Source: an uncultured Gemmatimonadales bacterium (GTDB lineage Bacteria; Gemmatimonadota; Gemmatimonadetes; Gemmatimonadales; GWC2-71-9). Taken from it: a stretch of DNA of 64,000 nucleotides. The translations under genes and the position numbers were made by a program. Numbering within the stretch: position 1 is the first letter of the stretch; each line of letters opens with the position of its first letter. Positions 48,396 through 60,366 of this stretch are shown here, piece by piece. The stretch spans positions 64,001 through 128,000 of the forward strand of contig CAVUAK010000003.1 of assembly GCA_963739455.1 (NCBI GenBank), written 5' to 3'. The notes beneath the pieces are model-generated. The model did not search any database, had not been told where the DNA came from, and worked only from the letters and a program-made list of their open reading frames with translations.

Positions 48396-49990
48396 CCGTC
48401 GACCTCGACCAGCTCGAGCGGGACTACTACGAGCGTCACCCCGAGCCCGGCAATCCGGCACAGCAGGTCACCTTCGGCACCAGCGGACACCGCGGAACTT
48501 CTCTCAACGGGACCTTCACCGAAGCGCACATCCTGGCCATCACCCAGGCGATCTGTGAGTACCGGCGTGAGATCGGGATCGACGGTCCGCTCCACCTCGG
48601 CAAGGACACCCACGCGCTGTCCGCACCGGCACAGCGCACGGCCCTCGAGGTACTCGCCGCCAACGGGGTGGAGACGATCATCCAGGCCGGCGATGGGGTC
48701 ACCCCGACCCCGGTGATCTCCCGCGCGATCCTGGTGCACAATCGCCATCGCCACGACCACCTCGCCGATGGCATCGTTATCACCCCGTCGCACAACCCGC
48801 CCGAGGACGGCGGCTTCAAGTACAACACGACGAATGGTGGCCCCGCCGATACCGACGTCACGCGCCGGATCCAGGATCGCGCGAACGCCCTGCTGCTGGG
48901 CGGGAATGCCGGCGTAGTTCGTGTGCCGCTCGCCGCGGCGATGCGGGCCCCGACTACGCGCCAGCAGGACTTCGTGCTGCCGTACGTCGCCGACCTCGGA
49001 AGCGTGCTCGACATGGACGCGGTACGGGCGGCAGGGCTGCACCTCGGTGCCGATGCCCTCGGCGGCGCGGCGGGGCCCTACTGGGATCCCATCAGTTCGC
49101 TGTACGGGCTCGACATCACCGTCGTGAACGCGAAGGCCGATCCCACCTTTTCGTTCATGCCGCCGGATCATGACGGCCGGATTCGCATGGATTGCTCCAG
49201 TCCCCAGGCGATGGCGGGTCTCGTGGGCCTGCGGGACCAGTACCGCCTCGCCTTCGCGAACGATCCCGACGCCGATCGCCACGGGATCGTGACGCCTGCC
49301 GGACTGATGAACCCCAACCACTACCTCGCGGTTGCCATCCGCTACCTGCTCGCTCACCGCACCGGATGGCCGGCGAGTGCAGCGGTGGGGAAGACCCTGG
49401 TCAGCAGCAGCCTGATCGATCGCGTCGTGGCCGCGGCCGGTCGCCGGTTGCTGGAGGTGCCAGTGGGCTTCAAGTGGTTTTCTCCCGGCCTGTTCGACGG
49501 ATCCTGCTGCTTCGGCGGCGAGGAGAGTGCGGGGGCGAGTTTCCTGCGGCGCGATGGTACCGTGTGGACGACCGACAAGGATGGAATCGTGCTGGCGCTG
49601 CTCGCCGCCGAGATCACCGCGCGAACCGGCCGGGACCCGGGCGAGCACTACACGGAAATCGCGGCGGTACTCGGAACACCCGCATACACCCGTATCGATG
49701 CGCCGGCATCAGCAGCGGTGCGTGCCGCACTCGGGCGGCTGGCACCGGAGTCGGTGACGGCCTCAACGCTGGCGGGGGAGCCGATCACGGCACGGCTGAC
49801 GCGCGCGCCGGGCAACGGCGCGCCCATCGGAGGACTCAAGGTGGTCGCCGGGAACTGCTGGTTCGCGGCCCGACCATCCGGCACCGAGGACATCTACAAG
49901 ATCTATGCGGAGAGCTTCAACGGAGCGGCACACCTGCAGCAGGTGGTGCTCGAGGCACGCGCCATCGTTGACGCCGCCCTCATGGCGTAG
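48392..49990 (+). CDS. pgm: Phosphoglucomutase
   Basis: [36 protein letters not shown]. Confidence 0.95.
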   Translation: MTVDLDQLERDYYERHPEPGNPAQQVTFGTSGHRGTSLNGTFTEAHILAITQAICEYRREIGIDGPLHLGKDTHALSAPAQRTALEVLAANGVETIIQAGDGVTPTPVISRAILVHNRHRHDHLADGIVITPSHNPPEDGGFKYNTTNGGPADTDVTRRIQDRANALLLGGNAGVVRVPLAAAMRAPTTRQQDFVLPYVADLGSVLDMDAVRAAGLHLGADALGGAAGPYWDPISSLYGLDITVVNAKADPTFSFMPPDHDGRIRMDCSSPQAMAGLVGLRDQYRLAFANDPDADRHGIVTPAGLMNPNHYLAVAIRYLLAHRTGWPASAAVGKTLVSSSLIDRVVAAAGRRLLEVPVGFKWFSPGLFDGSCCFGGEESAGASFLRRDGTVWTTDKDGIVLALLAAEITARTGRDPGEHYTEIAAVLGTPAYTRIDAPASAAVRAALGRLAPESVTASTLAGEPITARLTRAPGNGAPIGGLKVVAGNCWFAARPSGTEDIYKIYAESFNGAAHLQQVVLEARAIVDAALMA

Positions 49991-52125
49991 GTTCGACCGA
50001 TGCCGGGTTCTCCGTCACCACGCCATTCAGGCGGCGCACCACGCCCATCAGGTTGCCCACCTTGTAGAAATCGACCGCGATGATGTTGGGAAGGTGGTGT
50101 CGCTCCTTCATGCACTGGTTCGCCCGGCCCCACAGGTAGTCGGTTCGGTTCACGATCGCCGCGTTGCTGGGCTTGGGCGCCGGGGTCGACTCGATCCAGT
50201 GATTGATCTGGAAGAGCAGCGCATGGTTCCCGCCCCGGTTCTCCTTGCAGCTGAACTCTGAAGTTTCGTGGAAGGTATAGGGCGTTTCCATGATGGCGCC
50301 GTCGAAGGCCGGGTACAGCCACGGCACACCCGGACGTTCCCGACTCCAGGAACACGAGGAGCGGCGTGCCGGCCTCGATGAGCGCGCGAAGCGTCGGCAG
50401 GGGCGCGGTCATCGGGCCGCGGTAGGCGAACTTGTCCAGGCCCGCCTTCTCGAAGTCGGCGGCGATGCTCTCCGGCGGCGCGTAGTCCTCGATCACCATG
50501 ATCAGCACTTCCTCGGGATTCGCCCGCAGGAAGTTGCGTACCGCCTCGAGCTCCGGCAGCAGCTCGCGACTGCCGATCTCGCAGAAGCCGTGGCAGAGGT
50601 ACAGTGCCGGCGGACCGCTGGGCCTGCCGGTGAGTCGATTGCGGATCCGCACGGCGACGGCCGTCGCGGAATCGCCGATCGCGTGCGCAATCTTGAGCGC
50701 CGACTGCGCCTCCGCCTCGAGGTCGGTGCGCACCGTCCCCTCGACCGGGACACCGTTGTGCACGTCGATGAGCAGGGCGCGGATGCCTGCCTCCAGCTGT
50801 CGCTTGATGCTCCCGTTCTGCTGCGGGAACATCCAGCCGGCCATGTCCACGTTGGACATCGAGTTGTGGGTGGCGGGAAACACCACCTCGTCCACGCGAC
50901 GGTCGCAGAGCACACTCGATCCGTTGCATTCCATCATTCCGGTGATCGCCTCGCGCTTGCCCGGTCGTGCCAGGGCGACCACCGCGCCACCCAGCCCCAC
51001 GACAAGCAGCGCGATGACGGCGACACGACGGTTGAACCAGCCCAGCCCTTCCTGTGCGACAGCGGCTGCGGCAGGGGCCGTCTCTTCTGGCAGGGCGCCA
51101 AGCACCAGGCGGAAGAGCTCGCGCAGCCCGATGTAGCAGATGCCGAGTCCGCTCAGGAGCGCGATGGTAGCGGCGGCGTCGGTGGGAAACGCCACCACCA
51201 GGCCACCGAGGAGTGTGAGGCCCAGCGACCAGAGAAGGACGAGCCCCGGCGACTTGGGCGGCGTGGCGATCGTCCGGGCCAGCGCCTCCGCCCGGCGGAT
51301 CGGGTCGGCCGCCTCGAGCAGCGAGGTCGCGGCCGCCGTGATCAGCAACCCGATGCCGCCCAGCGTGATGCCCCACGCCAGGAGGCCCGTGAAGTACGCC
51401 CGCCACAGTCCGGCGATCGCGCCGCGCTCGAGTGCCTCCCGGGAAGCGATCGCAGCCACGGCCCGCCCGGCGGGGATGACGCCCGCCAGCAGCACCGCCG
51501 CCAGCAGGAGCCCGATGCCGGCGCGGAGCAGCGCCCGGCGACGATCAGCGGCAAACCCGATTCCCAGTACGATCAGCAGGGGCCCCGCGAGCAGGAACAC
51601 AACCCCGGCACGCGCCAGGAACCCGAGAAGGCGGAGCCCGTCGCGGAGGCGGGCCATCTCCGGGCGCGTATTCAGGTCCGACGCAAATGCCTCGATGCGG
51701 GGCGGGATCTTGTCCGCCGCCTCCGGGCTCATGCCCTGGACCGCCGACTGGACCAGCACGCCCACATCGGGCAGCGAGAGCAGCACCCTTTGGCCCGTCG
51801 TCGAGACCGCCGAGCGGTGTGCCGTGCGCACCGCCGACCGCACGATGGCCCGGAATGGCCCGGTCTGCACGAGGCCACCTGCCGTCGCGGCAATGATCGG
51901 CCGGAAGGCGACCAGGTCGGGCTTCTCGGCCAGGATGGCGTTGGTCAGGCGGTCGGCGACGAAGGCGGAAACGCGGGGATCACTCAGGCTGGCAGCCGTC
52001 CGGTCGGCCATTGCGTCGCCGTTGAGGATGCCGCGGGCGGCGTCCCTGGCAAGGGCGCCCAGGGCAGTCAGGACGACGCCCAGGGCGAGGACCAGTCGAG
52101 CGAACCTGATGGGAGAGCTTCTCAT
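49980..52125 (-). CDS. Multi-TM protein with C-terminal PI-PLC-like phosphodiesterase domain (frameshift near 50335)
   Basis: [39 protein letters not shown]. Confidence 0.75.
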
Positions 52126-52194
52126 GGAAGATGTGCTATGATACATGCCTGTCTGGGCAGGTGGAACGGCAGGCCTACCTACAAAGGAATTCCG

Positions 52195-53073
52195 ATGCGC
52201 GTGCTCTTCGTCCCGGTCCGGTTGCCGGCGGTGGTTGTTGCGCTCCTGCTTGCCAGCTCCGTACCATGCCACCTCATGGCGCAGACCCCGGCGAACCACC
52301 TCTACGACAAGTTCCAGTTCAGCGTGTCCGGCGCCAGCGTGATCCTGGGCACCACGATCAAGATCGACAACGCCAATGGCACTGCCGGAACCGAGATCAA
52401 TTTCAACACCCTTGGGATATCAAAGAACGCTTTCTCGCCTGCGTTTGCCGTAGCGTGGCGGCCCGGGCGGCGTCACCAGCTCGCCCTCAGCTACCTCTAC
52501 ATCAACCGCACCGGAAGCAAGACCCTCACCGAGGATGTGGATTTCGGTGATACCTCGTTCACGGCCGGCGTGAAGATCAACTCGAGCTTTTCCGCTCCCA
52601 CGCTGGGCCTGGATTACCGCTTCGCCATCCTGGCCAAGGAGAAGGTCCAATTGGGCCTTCAGGTTGGCCTGGGAGCCCTCTTCTTCAGCGTGGGGATCGA
52701 CGCGCTCGCGGGTGTCACGGGGGGCGGTGCTGATACACTGGATGTGGGTTACAGCGCCAGCAAGGGCCTCACCGGCCCGACGGCGGCCCTGGGCGCCTAT
52801 GGCGGGTTCCGAGCCGGCGACCACTGGTACTTCCTCGTGAACGGCGGGGCCATCGGGGCCAAGGTCAGCAACATCACCGCATCGAGCTGGGTCCTCGGCG
52901 CCGACGTGCGGTACTTCTTCAACAACCACTGGGGACTCGGTGGCGGGTGGGGCTACAGCGGCGTCAAGGTCAGCAGCGACGCTGGCGCTGATGGGGGCTT
53001 GATCAAGCTGAAGGGCAGCATCAAGTACAACTACAACGTCTTCCGGCTCGGTGTCATGTACGCACTGCCTTGA
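52195..53073 (+). CDS. Outer-membrane beta-barrel protein
   Basis: Signal peptide, alternating strands, aromatic C-terminus. Confidence 0.65.
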   Translation: MRVLFVPVRLPAVVVALLLASSVPCHLMAQTPANHLYDKFQFSVSGASVILGTTIKIDNANGTAGTEINFNTLGISKNAFSPAFAVAWRPGRRHQLALSYLYINRTGSKTLTEDVDFGDTSFTAGVKINSSFSAPTLGLDYRFAILAKEKVQLGLQVGLGALFFSVGIDALAGVTGGGADTLDVGYSASKGLTGPTAALGAYGGFRAGDHWYFLVNGGAIGAKVSNITASSWVLGADVRYFFNNHWGLGGGWGYSGVKVSSDAGADGGLIKLKGSIKYNYNVFRLGVMYALP

Positions 53074-54251
53074 GCCGCGCGTTCCGCACCCTGTTGCTGC
53101 TCGCGCCGTGGTGTGGCGCAGCGGCACTGGCGGCACAGCAACCGGGCAGTGGCGAGTACCTCACCCGCGCGGGTGACTGCATTGCCTGCCATACCGCCCC
53201 AGGTGCCGCGCCTGGGGCTGGCGGGTTCAGGATGGACACTCCCTTCGGCTACCTGCTCTCTCCCAACATCACGCCCGACTCGATCACGGGCATCGGCCGC
53301 TGGACGGCCGATGAGTTCTACCGCGCACTGCACGATGGGGTGAACCGTCGCGGGCAGGACATGTATCCCGCCATGCCCTACACCTTCTACACGAGGGTGA
53401 CGCGCGCCGACAGCGACTCCATCTTCGCCTACCTGCGCTCCATGCCCCCGGTGCGGAACGCGGTCGACGTGAACCAGCTCCGCTTTCCGTTCGACCAGCG
53501 CTGGAGCATGATGGGATGGCGTGAACTTTTCTTCACCGAGGGCACGTTCGTGCCCGACCGCGCGCATACGGCGTCGTGGAACCGGGGAGCGTACCTGGTG
53601 CAGGGGCTGGGTCACTGCGATGCCTGCCACTCGCCCATGAACGCCCTGGGCGCAAACGAAAAGCGCCAGGCCTTCACCGGTGGATCGGTGGATGGCTGGT
53701 TCGCACCGAACCTCACGGACGAGCTGACGACAGGCCTTGGGAGCTGGAGCATCGACCAGGTCGTGGCCTACCTCAAGACCGGCGCGGCCAAGGGCAAGTC
53801 CACCGCGGTTGGCGACATGGCCATGGTGATTCATGGAAGCCTGAGCCACTTGTCGGACGCGGACCTTCGCGCGATGGCGGAATACCTGAAGTCCCTGCCG
53901 CCGAAGTCGGCGCGGGAGCGCCCGCCGCTGCTGGAGCCGGTGCCACCCCAGGCCGCGAGCCTATACATCACCAGCTGCGGGGCGTGTCACCAGGCGAAGG
54001 GGCGCGGTGTGCCAGGGGTGTTCCCGCCACTCGCGGCAAATGGGCTGGTGGTGGCGCCCGATCCGTCAGACGTGATCAACGTGGTGTTGCAGGGAGTGCC
54101 GGCGCAGAACGGATACGTCGCGATGCCGGCGTTCGCGAGTCAGCTGTCCGACCAGCAGGTGGCCGATGTGGTGAACTACGTGCGCAGCAACTGGGGCAAC
54201 ACCGCCCCGGCGAATGCGACGGCGGAAATGGTTGGCCGTCAGCGTCACTAG
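53070..54251 (+). CDS. Triheme cytochrome c (dehydrogenase cytochrome subunit-like)
   Basis: CIACH, CDACH, CGACH; SPNITPD, YPAMPY. Confidence 0.9.
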   Translation: MSRAFRTLLLLAPWCGAAALAAQQPGSGEYLTRAGDCIACHTAPGAAPGAGGFRMDTPFGYLLSPNITPDSITGIGRWTADEFYRALHDGVNRRGQDMYPAMPYTFYTRVTRADSDSIFAYLRSMPPVRNAVDVNQLRFPFDQRWSMMGWRELFFTEGTFVPDRAHTASWNRGAYLVQGLGHCDACHSPMNALGANEKRQAFTGGSVDGWFAPNLTDELTTGLGSWSIDQVVAYLKTGAAKGKSTAVGDMAMVIHGSLSHLSDADLRAMAEYLKSLPPKSARERPPLLEPVPPQAASLYITSCGACHQAKGRGVPGVFPPLAANGLVVAPDPSDVINVVLQGVPAQNGYVAMPAFASQLSDQQVADVVNYVRSNWGNTAPANATAEMVGRQRH

Positions 54252-54507
54252 AGATAGCGCATGAAGTTTTCTCCATGTTGAGGGGCAGTGAATCGTGGTG
54301 ATCGGCATCACACACATGTTTTGTCCCAAGCCTTGCGCATTATCCGATAGCGCGTAGGTTCGTTGCAGCAGGAAGACATAGGCTGTGTAAGCAGCCACCC
54401 TTGATGGGCAAGCGAAGGCGGCTTGTCAGTTGAAGGCGCACCGCGGGTCAGCTCCACGACCCCGTGCGCCTTTTGTGTTTTCTGGAACTTGAACCAAGGA
54501 GTCACGA

Positions 54508-54657
54508 ATGCTGGAAACGATTGCCGTAGTCCTGGTGCTGCTGTGGGCGCTCGGCCTGGTCGGTGGATACGCCCTCGGCGGATTCATCCATGTGCTGCTC
54601 GTGCTGGCGCTGGTGGTGGTGATCGTGCGCGTGATCCAGGGTCGGAAGGTTATTTGA
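54508..54657 (+). CDS. lmo0937-family small membrane protein (49 aa)
   Basis: AAGGAG RBS; MLETIAVVLVLLWALGLVGGYALGGFIHVLLVLALVVVIVRVIQGRKVI. Confidence 0.85.
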   Translation: MLETIAVVLVLLWALGLVGGYALGGFIHVLLVLALVVVIVRVIQGRKVI

Positions 54658-54670
54658 CACGTCGGATAGA

Positions 54671-55282
54671 ATGGAGCGTTCCATGACTGCCATTGCATTG
54701 ACGAGTGAGGCCGTGGAGACGAACGAACTGGTGGCCCGTCACCTGTCTGGTGACGCGCGTGCCTTCGGTGAACTCGTTGGCCGCTACCACGGTCGCCTCC
54801 TGAATTTCACGCATCGCATGATCGGTGACCGCGAGCGGGCGGAGGACCTGGTGCAGGAGGCGTTCATCCGGGTGTCCCGGCACCTGCACCGCTTCGATCC
54901 CAGCCGGAAGTTCTCCACCTGGGTCTACACCATCGCGTCGAACCTCGCGAAGAACGAACTCCGCAGTCATCGCCGCAGCCCGCTGGTGTTCTACCAGTCG
55001 GCACGGGCGCCGGGCGACGAAGACCACAGCCCGCTGCAGTACGAGGATGCGCGGAGCCGGCCCGATGACATGTTTGCCGGGCGGCAACTCAAGGAACTGG
55101 TGGAAGCGACGCTGGCTCGCTTGTCGCCGCAGTACCGGCAGGTGCTCATCCTGCGCGAGTTCGAGGGCAGGAGCTACGACGAGATCGCCGAGATCGTCGG
55201 CTGCAACCTTGGGGCGGTGAAGAGCAGGCTCCATCGAGCGCGTGCCTGCTTTGCCGCACTCATTGCGCCATATCTCGATTGA
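54671..55282 (+). CDS. ECF sigma factor
   Basis: AEDLVQEAF, FSTWVYTIASN, SYDEIA...VKSRLHRAR. Confidence 0.9.
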   Translation: MERSMTAIALTSEAVETNELVARHLSGDARAFGELVGRYHGRLLNFTHRMIGDRERAEDLVQEAFIRVSRHLHRFDPSRKFSTWVYTIASNLAKNELRSHRRSPLVFYQSARAPGDEDHSPLQYEDARSRPDDMFAGRQLKELVEATLARLSPQYRQVLILREFEGRSYDEIAEIVGCNLGAVKSRLHRARACFAALIAPYLD

Positions 55283-55288
55283 CCGGTC

Positions 55289-55702
55289 CTACCACGAGGT
55301 AGTCGAGATCGTGCTGTCTGGCGGCTGGAATGACTGCAGGTAGGTTACCAGCCGCCAGATGCTTTCGGCGGGCAGGGTCCCGCCGAAAGCTGGCATCCCG
55401 CGGGCGCGACCATAGAAGATGGACATGAACAGGGCACCATCCGATCCTCCATAGCGCCAGCGCCCATCCACCAGGCTGGGCCCGACGGCGCCTACCGCAC
55501 CACCCCCATGACATCCATCGCAATTGAAGCCGCCGAACATCGCGGCGCCCTGGGTCGCCACGCCTGTGTCGCCCTTGAAGGGATTCTTGAGCGTGGCCGC
55601 AGGCGGCTGGTTTCCGGCCACGGGCACGTGCTGGTCGTACCGGATCGACGGCGGCGCGGCCTGCTGCGCCACCAGGACCGACGCATGAAAGAGCAGGATC
55701 AT
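55289..55702 (-). CDS. c-type cytochrome (MoxG/XoxG-like)
   Basis: NCDGCHG, GPSLVDGRWRYGG, GMPAFG; downstream of the PQQ dehydrogenase. Confidence 0.85.
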   Translation of the reverse strand: MILLFHASVLVAQQAAPPSIRYDQHVPVAGNQPPAATLKNPFKGDTGVATQGAAMFGGFNCDGCHGGGAVGAVGPSLVDGRWRYGGSDGALFMSIFYGRARGMPAFGGTLPAESIWRLVTYLQSFQPPDSTISTTSW

Positions 55703-55743
55703 GCTGACGACTGACTGACGACCGACGACTGACGACTGCCTGA

Positions 55744-57526
55744 TCAATCCAGGCCAAAGACCCATACAATGCCTCCTTGGCTGGTATGCCGCGCAATGTC
55801 GGGCATGAAGCTCGCCGGTGGCCGGACATCGGCAGGATCATCGGAGCGGACATCACCGGACAGCAGGAACCAGTCGCCGCCGAACCCGGCGTACACCGCG
55901 ACGTACTGCTTTCCGTCTGGCCCGCGAAAGCTGATCGGGTTCCCGATTACGCCCGAGCCCACCTTGAACTTCCACAGCACCGTGCCGTTCTTCGCGTCGA
56001 CTGCCTTGAACCAGCCGTCGAGCGTGCCGTAGAACACCACGCCACCCGCCGTCGCGAGCACGCCGCTCCACACCGGGTACGGTTCCTTGATCTCCCACGC
56101 GCGCGCCGACTTCACCGGATCCCAGGCGATGAACGCGCCGAGGTTGCCGCCCGGGCCGACGTTGTACGGCGCGCCCGCACTCAGGTACGGCGTCCCCGCC
56201 ATGTACGACGCATGGAACGATGTGTAGTCCATGCACATGTTGCTCGTGGAGAGGTAGAACAGCTGCGTCGCCGGTGACCAGGCCGCGGGCTGCTGGTTCT
56301 TGCCGCCCTCGAGAGAGGGACAGATGTCCTTCACGGTGCCACGCGATGCACCGGTGAGCTTGGTCGAGTCCACCTCGGGACGTCCGCTGGCGAGGTCGAT
56401 GCGCCTGGCCCAGTTGGCCGGCACGTACGGCTCCGCCGAGAGCAGCTCGCCGGTGGCGCGGTCGAGCGTGTACGCGAAACCGTTCTTGTCGAAGTGAACC
56501 AGCACCTTCCGCTTCACGCCCTTGAGCGTGAGCTCGGTGAGGATCATCTCCTGCGTCGAGTCGAAGTCCCAGTTGTCGGCCGGCGTGAACTGGTAGGCCC
56601 AGCGGAGTGAGCCGTCGCCCGGGTTGCGCGCGAGTACGCTGGTGGACCAGCGATTGTCACCCGGACGCTGTTCGGTGTTCCAGGGACCGGGATTGCCGGT
56701 GCCGTAGTACACCAGGTCGAGTTCGGGATCGTAAGAGAGCCATCCCCACACCGGGGCGCCGCCGTGCTTCCATCCGTCCGCGGGCCAGCTGGTGAGCGCG
56801 AGTTCCTGGTCCTTCTGGTAGAACGGCTTGAACGTGGCTGGCGATGCCAGCACCTCGGCGTCCGGCCCGATGCTGTATCCCGTCCACACGATCGCCCCGG
56901 TCTTGAGGTCGAGGCCCTTCACCCAGCCACGCACGCCCATCTCCCCGCCGGCGTTGCCTACGATGACCCGGTCCTTCACCACCAGCGGCGCCATCGGCGT
57001 CGTTTCGCCGGCGTCGAGGTCGGCGATCTTCGTCTTCCAGAGCTCACGACCGGTCGCGGTGTCGACCGCAACCGTATGGCCGTCGAGCAGGTTGAACACG
57101 ATCTTGCCGTCCGCGTAGGCCGCGCCGCGGTTCACGATGTCGCAGCAGGAAATGCCGATCGCCTGCGGGTCGACGTAGGGGCGGTACTTCCAGCGGAGCG
57201 GATAGCCCTCCTTCGTCAGGTCGAAGGCGTAGAGCACGTTGGGGTACGGCGTCACCACGTACATGGTGGAGCCCACCACGAGCGGCTGCCCTTCGTGGCC
57301 GCCGAGCACTCCGGTGGAGAAGCTCCAGGTGGGACGGAGGTTCTTCGCGTTGGCAGCGGTGATTTGCGGCAAGGCCACTGTAGCGTGTCGCCGAGTAGTC
57401 CTTGCCCGGCATCGTCCACTGGCCATCGTCCGTGCCGGCGGCGGGCGAGCGGCCACACGCGGCAAGGGCGGTGACGAGCATGGCGAGCGGCACGGCAAGG
57501 CGATAGTGCACGGCACAGGGCGGCAT
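55744..57526 (-). CDS. PQQ-dependent methanol/ethanol-family dehydrogenase, XoxF-like (frameshift near 57375)
   Basis: GHEGQPL, vicinal CC (SCCDIVNRG), GGEMGVRG, GTGNPGPWN, DNWDFD; lipobox LAAC. Confidence 0.88.
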
Positions 57527-57578
57527 CGGGTCTCCTCGGGGATCGACGATCATACGTCAGTCATTCCCGGCTTCACAA

Positions 57579-58055
57579 CTAGAGCCAGCGCCGGACGCGC
57601 CCGCGATACCCCACGTACTCGTCCCCGAAACGGCGCTCCAGGTAGGCCTCCTCCTGGAGGATCACGCCGTAGAGCATCACCAGCAGCACGATCGGGAGCA
57701 GCACGAAGAGCCAGAGGTTGTTGACCCAGCATGCCGCCGCCAGGTACCACAGCGTGAACCCGACGTACATCGGGTTCCGGCTCAGGCCGTAGATGCCCGT
57801 CGTCACCAGTTGGCTCGACGGCCGGTAGGGATTGGGACTTGTGCCGGCACGGCGAAAGGCGAACACGGCGGCGAACCCCCCCAGGCCGAGCAGGAAGAAG
57901 AGCAGGGCGAGTGGGTTGGCCCATGGTGACGGGAGCATTGCTTGCGGGAACCATCGATTGAGCAGGATCCCGACGCCAACCGCCGCCGCGTAGATCGATG
58001 GGGGCGCGATGATCACTCCAGGCACGTCACCCTTCTCCGCATTGCTGCCGGTCAT
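57579..58055 (-). CDS. Isoprenylcysteine carboxyl methyltransferase-family protein
   Basis: LVTTGIYGLSRNPMY, EEAYLERRFG..Y..VRRW. Confidence 0.88.
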   Translation of the reverse strand: MTGSNAEKGDVPGVIIAPPSIYAAAVGVGILLNRWFPQAMLPSPWANPLALLFFLLGLGGFAAVFAFRRAGTSPNPYRPSSQLVTTGIYGLSRNPMYVGFTLWYLAAACWVNNLWLFVLLPIVLLVMLYGVILQEEAYLERRFGDEYVGYRGRVRRWL

Positions 58056-59953
58056 CCTGCCTCGCTTGCAAGTGTTTCGAGTGTTTCCCACCGCTCAGTG
58101 AGTGCTGCAATCTCCGCCAGGACCGCTGCCAGCCGGGACTTGGCCTCTGCCACTGCCGCGCCATCGCGCAGGAAGGCGGGATCGGCCAGCGATGCATAGA
58201 GGCCCTCCCGCTCTCGCTCCCGCGCATCGATGTCGCGCGGAAGCGCCTCCAGTTCCTTCGATTCCTTGAAGCTGAGGCGACGCTTCTTCCCTGCTGGCAC
58301 CGCAGCGGGGGCCGCAATCGGTTTCGCCGTCGGGCGCCCGGGGGCATCGGCGGTGACGGGCCGCTGTCGCACCCAGTCGGTGTAGCCCCCGGCATACTCG
58401 CCCACCCGCCCGTCGCCCTCGAACACCAGCGTGCTGGTGACCACGTTGTCGAGGAACGCGCGGTCGTGGCTCACGACGAGCAGGGTCCCCGAGAATTCGA
58501 GCAGCAGCTCCTCGAGCAGGTCGAGCGTCTCGATATCGAGGTCGTTGGTCGGCTCGTCCAGCACGAGCACGTTGAAGCGGTGGGTGAAGAGCCGCGCCAG
58601 GAGCAGGCGGTTTCGCTCCCCACCCGACAGCGCGCGCACCGGCGTGCGCATCCGCTCCGGCGGAAAGAGGAAGTCCCGCAGGTAGCCGAGGACGTGCTTC
58701 CGCTCACCCCCGATGTCGACGAAGTCGGCGCCGTCCGCGATGCTGTCGAACACCGTCTGGTCGGGATCGAGCTGGTCGCGGAGCTGGTCGAAGTACGCGA
58801 TCTCGAGGCCGGTGCCCTGGCGCATGCTCCCCGTGTCCGGCGGCAGTTCGCCCAGGAGCAGGCGGAGCAGGGTGGTCTTGCCCGAGCCGTTCGGGCCGAT
58901 GAGCCCGACGCGATCACCTCGGGAAATGGTCGTCGTAAGGTTGCGCACGATGGGCCGCTCGCCTCGCGAGAAACTCACGCCGTTCGCTTCGACCACCAGC
59001 CGGCCGGTGCGCTCCGCCTCCTGCGCCTGGAGCCGCACCGTACCCACGCGGTCGCGCCGGCCGGCACGCTCCACCCGTAGCGCCTCGAGCGCCCGCACCC
59101 GCCCTTCGTTGCGCGTGCGCCGGGCCTTGATGCCGGTCCGGATCCAGATCTCTTCCCGCGCGAGCTTCTTGTCGAACAGCGCCCACTCCCGCTCCTCGAC
59201 CGCGAGCGCCGCTTCCTTCCGCTCGAGATAGGTGTCGTAGTCGCCGCCCCAGTCCACCAGCTTGCCCGCGGTCCAGGTCGACGATGCGGGTCGCGACACG
59301 CCGCAGGAAGGCGCGGTCGTGCGTCACGAACAACAGTGTCATGCCGCAGTCGATGAGGAACTCCTCCATCCACTCCACGGCCGCGATGTCGAGGTGGTTC
59401 GTCGGCTCGTCGAGCAGCAGCAGGTCGGGCTGGCTCACGAAGGCTCGGGCCAGGAGCGCCTGTCGCTTCCGCCCGCCGGACGCCGTGGCGAAGGGTGCAT
59501 CGGCGTCGAGTCCGAGGTGCAGCAGCACCGTCTCCACCTGGCTGTTGACGTGCCACGCGCCCGCGGCATCCAGCGCACTGTGCAACCGGTCGAGCTCGCG
59601 CAGCGCGGCCTCGCTCCCCTGCGCCTCCACGCGATGGCTGGCCTCGTGATAGCGCGCAAGCAGCTGGCCCGGCTCGCCCAGCCCCGCCGCGACCACGTCG
59701 AAGATGGTGCCCTCGACGTTCTCCGGAACCTCCTGCTCCAGCCGCGCGACGGTGATACCCGTCTGCCGGGCGATGCTGCCGCCGTCTGGCACCAGGGTGC
59801 CGTCGAGCAGCTTCATCAGGGTGCTCTTGCCCGCGCCGTTCCGCCCGAGGAGGCACACGCGCTCACCGCGCTCGATCGTGAAGGCTGGCGTGATCGAGCA
59901 CCGGGTGGGCCACCGAAGGCAATTGTGACGTCCTGCATTCCCAGCAAGGCCAT
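58052..59953 (-). CDS. uup: ABC-F ATPase Uup (frameshifted)
   Basis: GRNGAGKST, WIRTGIKARRTRNEGRVRAL, GPNGSGKTT, LSGGERNR, C-terminal LSFKE. Confidence 0.88.
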
Positions 59954-60085
59954 GGCCGTTTCAGCTAGTGGTCACGAAGTGTGCATATCTGACACTGTCG
60001 AACTTCTTGGCATTGTCCTCACGAGGGTTAGACTCGATCCTGCATGGGAGCATAGGGCGCCCAAGAGTGTATCACGCAGTAGACG

Positions 60086-60364
60086 ATGAAACGGAGCATG
60101 CGAACCCGGATGACGGAACGGAAGTTCACCGCCGAGGATGGTCGGACATGGGTGGTACATGTTCGGCCTGAGGTGCGACGCAACGAGATTGCGACGCACG
60201 TCACACTCGAGCTGGCCACCCATAACGAGGCGCGGGTCGTCAGTTGCCGCGCCGCCGAATGGTTCGTGCCCGAGCCTGATTTCAGGTTGCTGCTGGCCCA
60301 CTCGGTTGCCGCCGGGGCGTCCCGCAGCATGGCAGCGCGCTCCGCCGACAACAGCGGAGAATAG
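60086..60364 (+). CDS. Small hypothetical protein
   Basis: ORF filling the intergenic gap; start uncertain. Confidence 0.45.
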   Translation: MKRSMRTRMTERKFTAEDGRTWVVHVRPEVRRNEIATHVTLELATHNEARVVSCRAAEWFVPEPDFRLLLAHSVAAGASRSMAARSADNSGE

Positions 60365-60366
60365 CC

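Noticed and set aside
50290..52194. Long + strand ORF extension (927 aa) and other long antisense ORFs
   Set aside because: Shadow ORFs caused by high GC opposite real genes; only 52195-53073 looks coding
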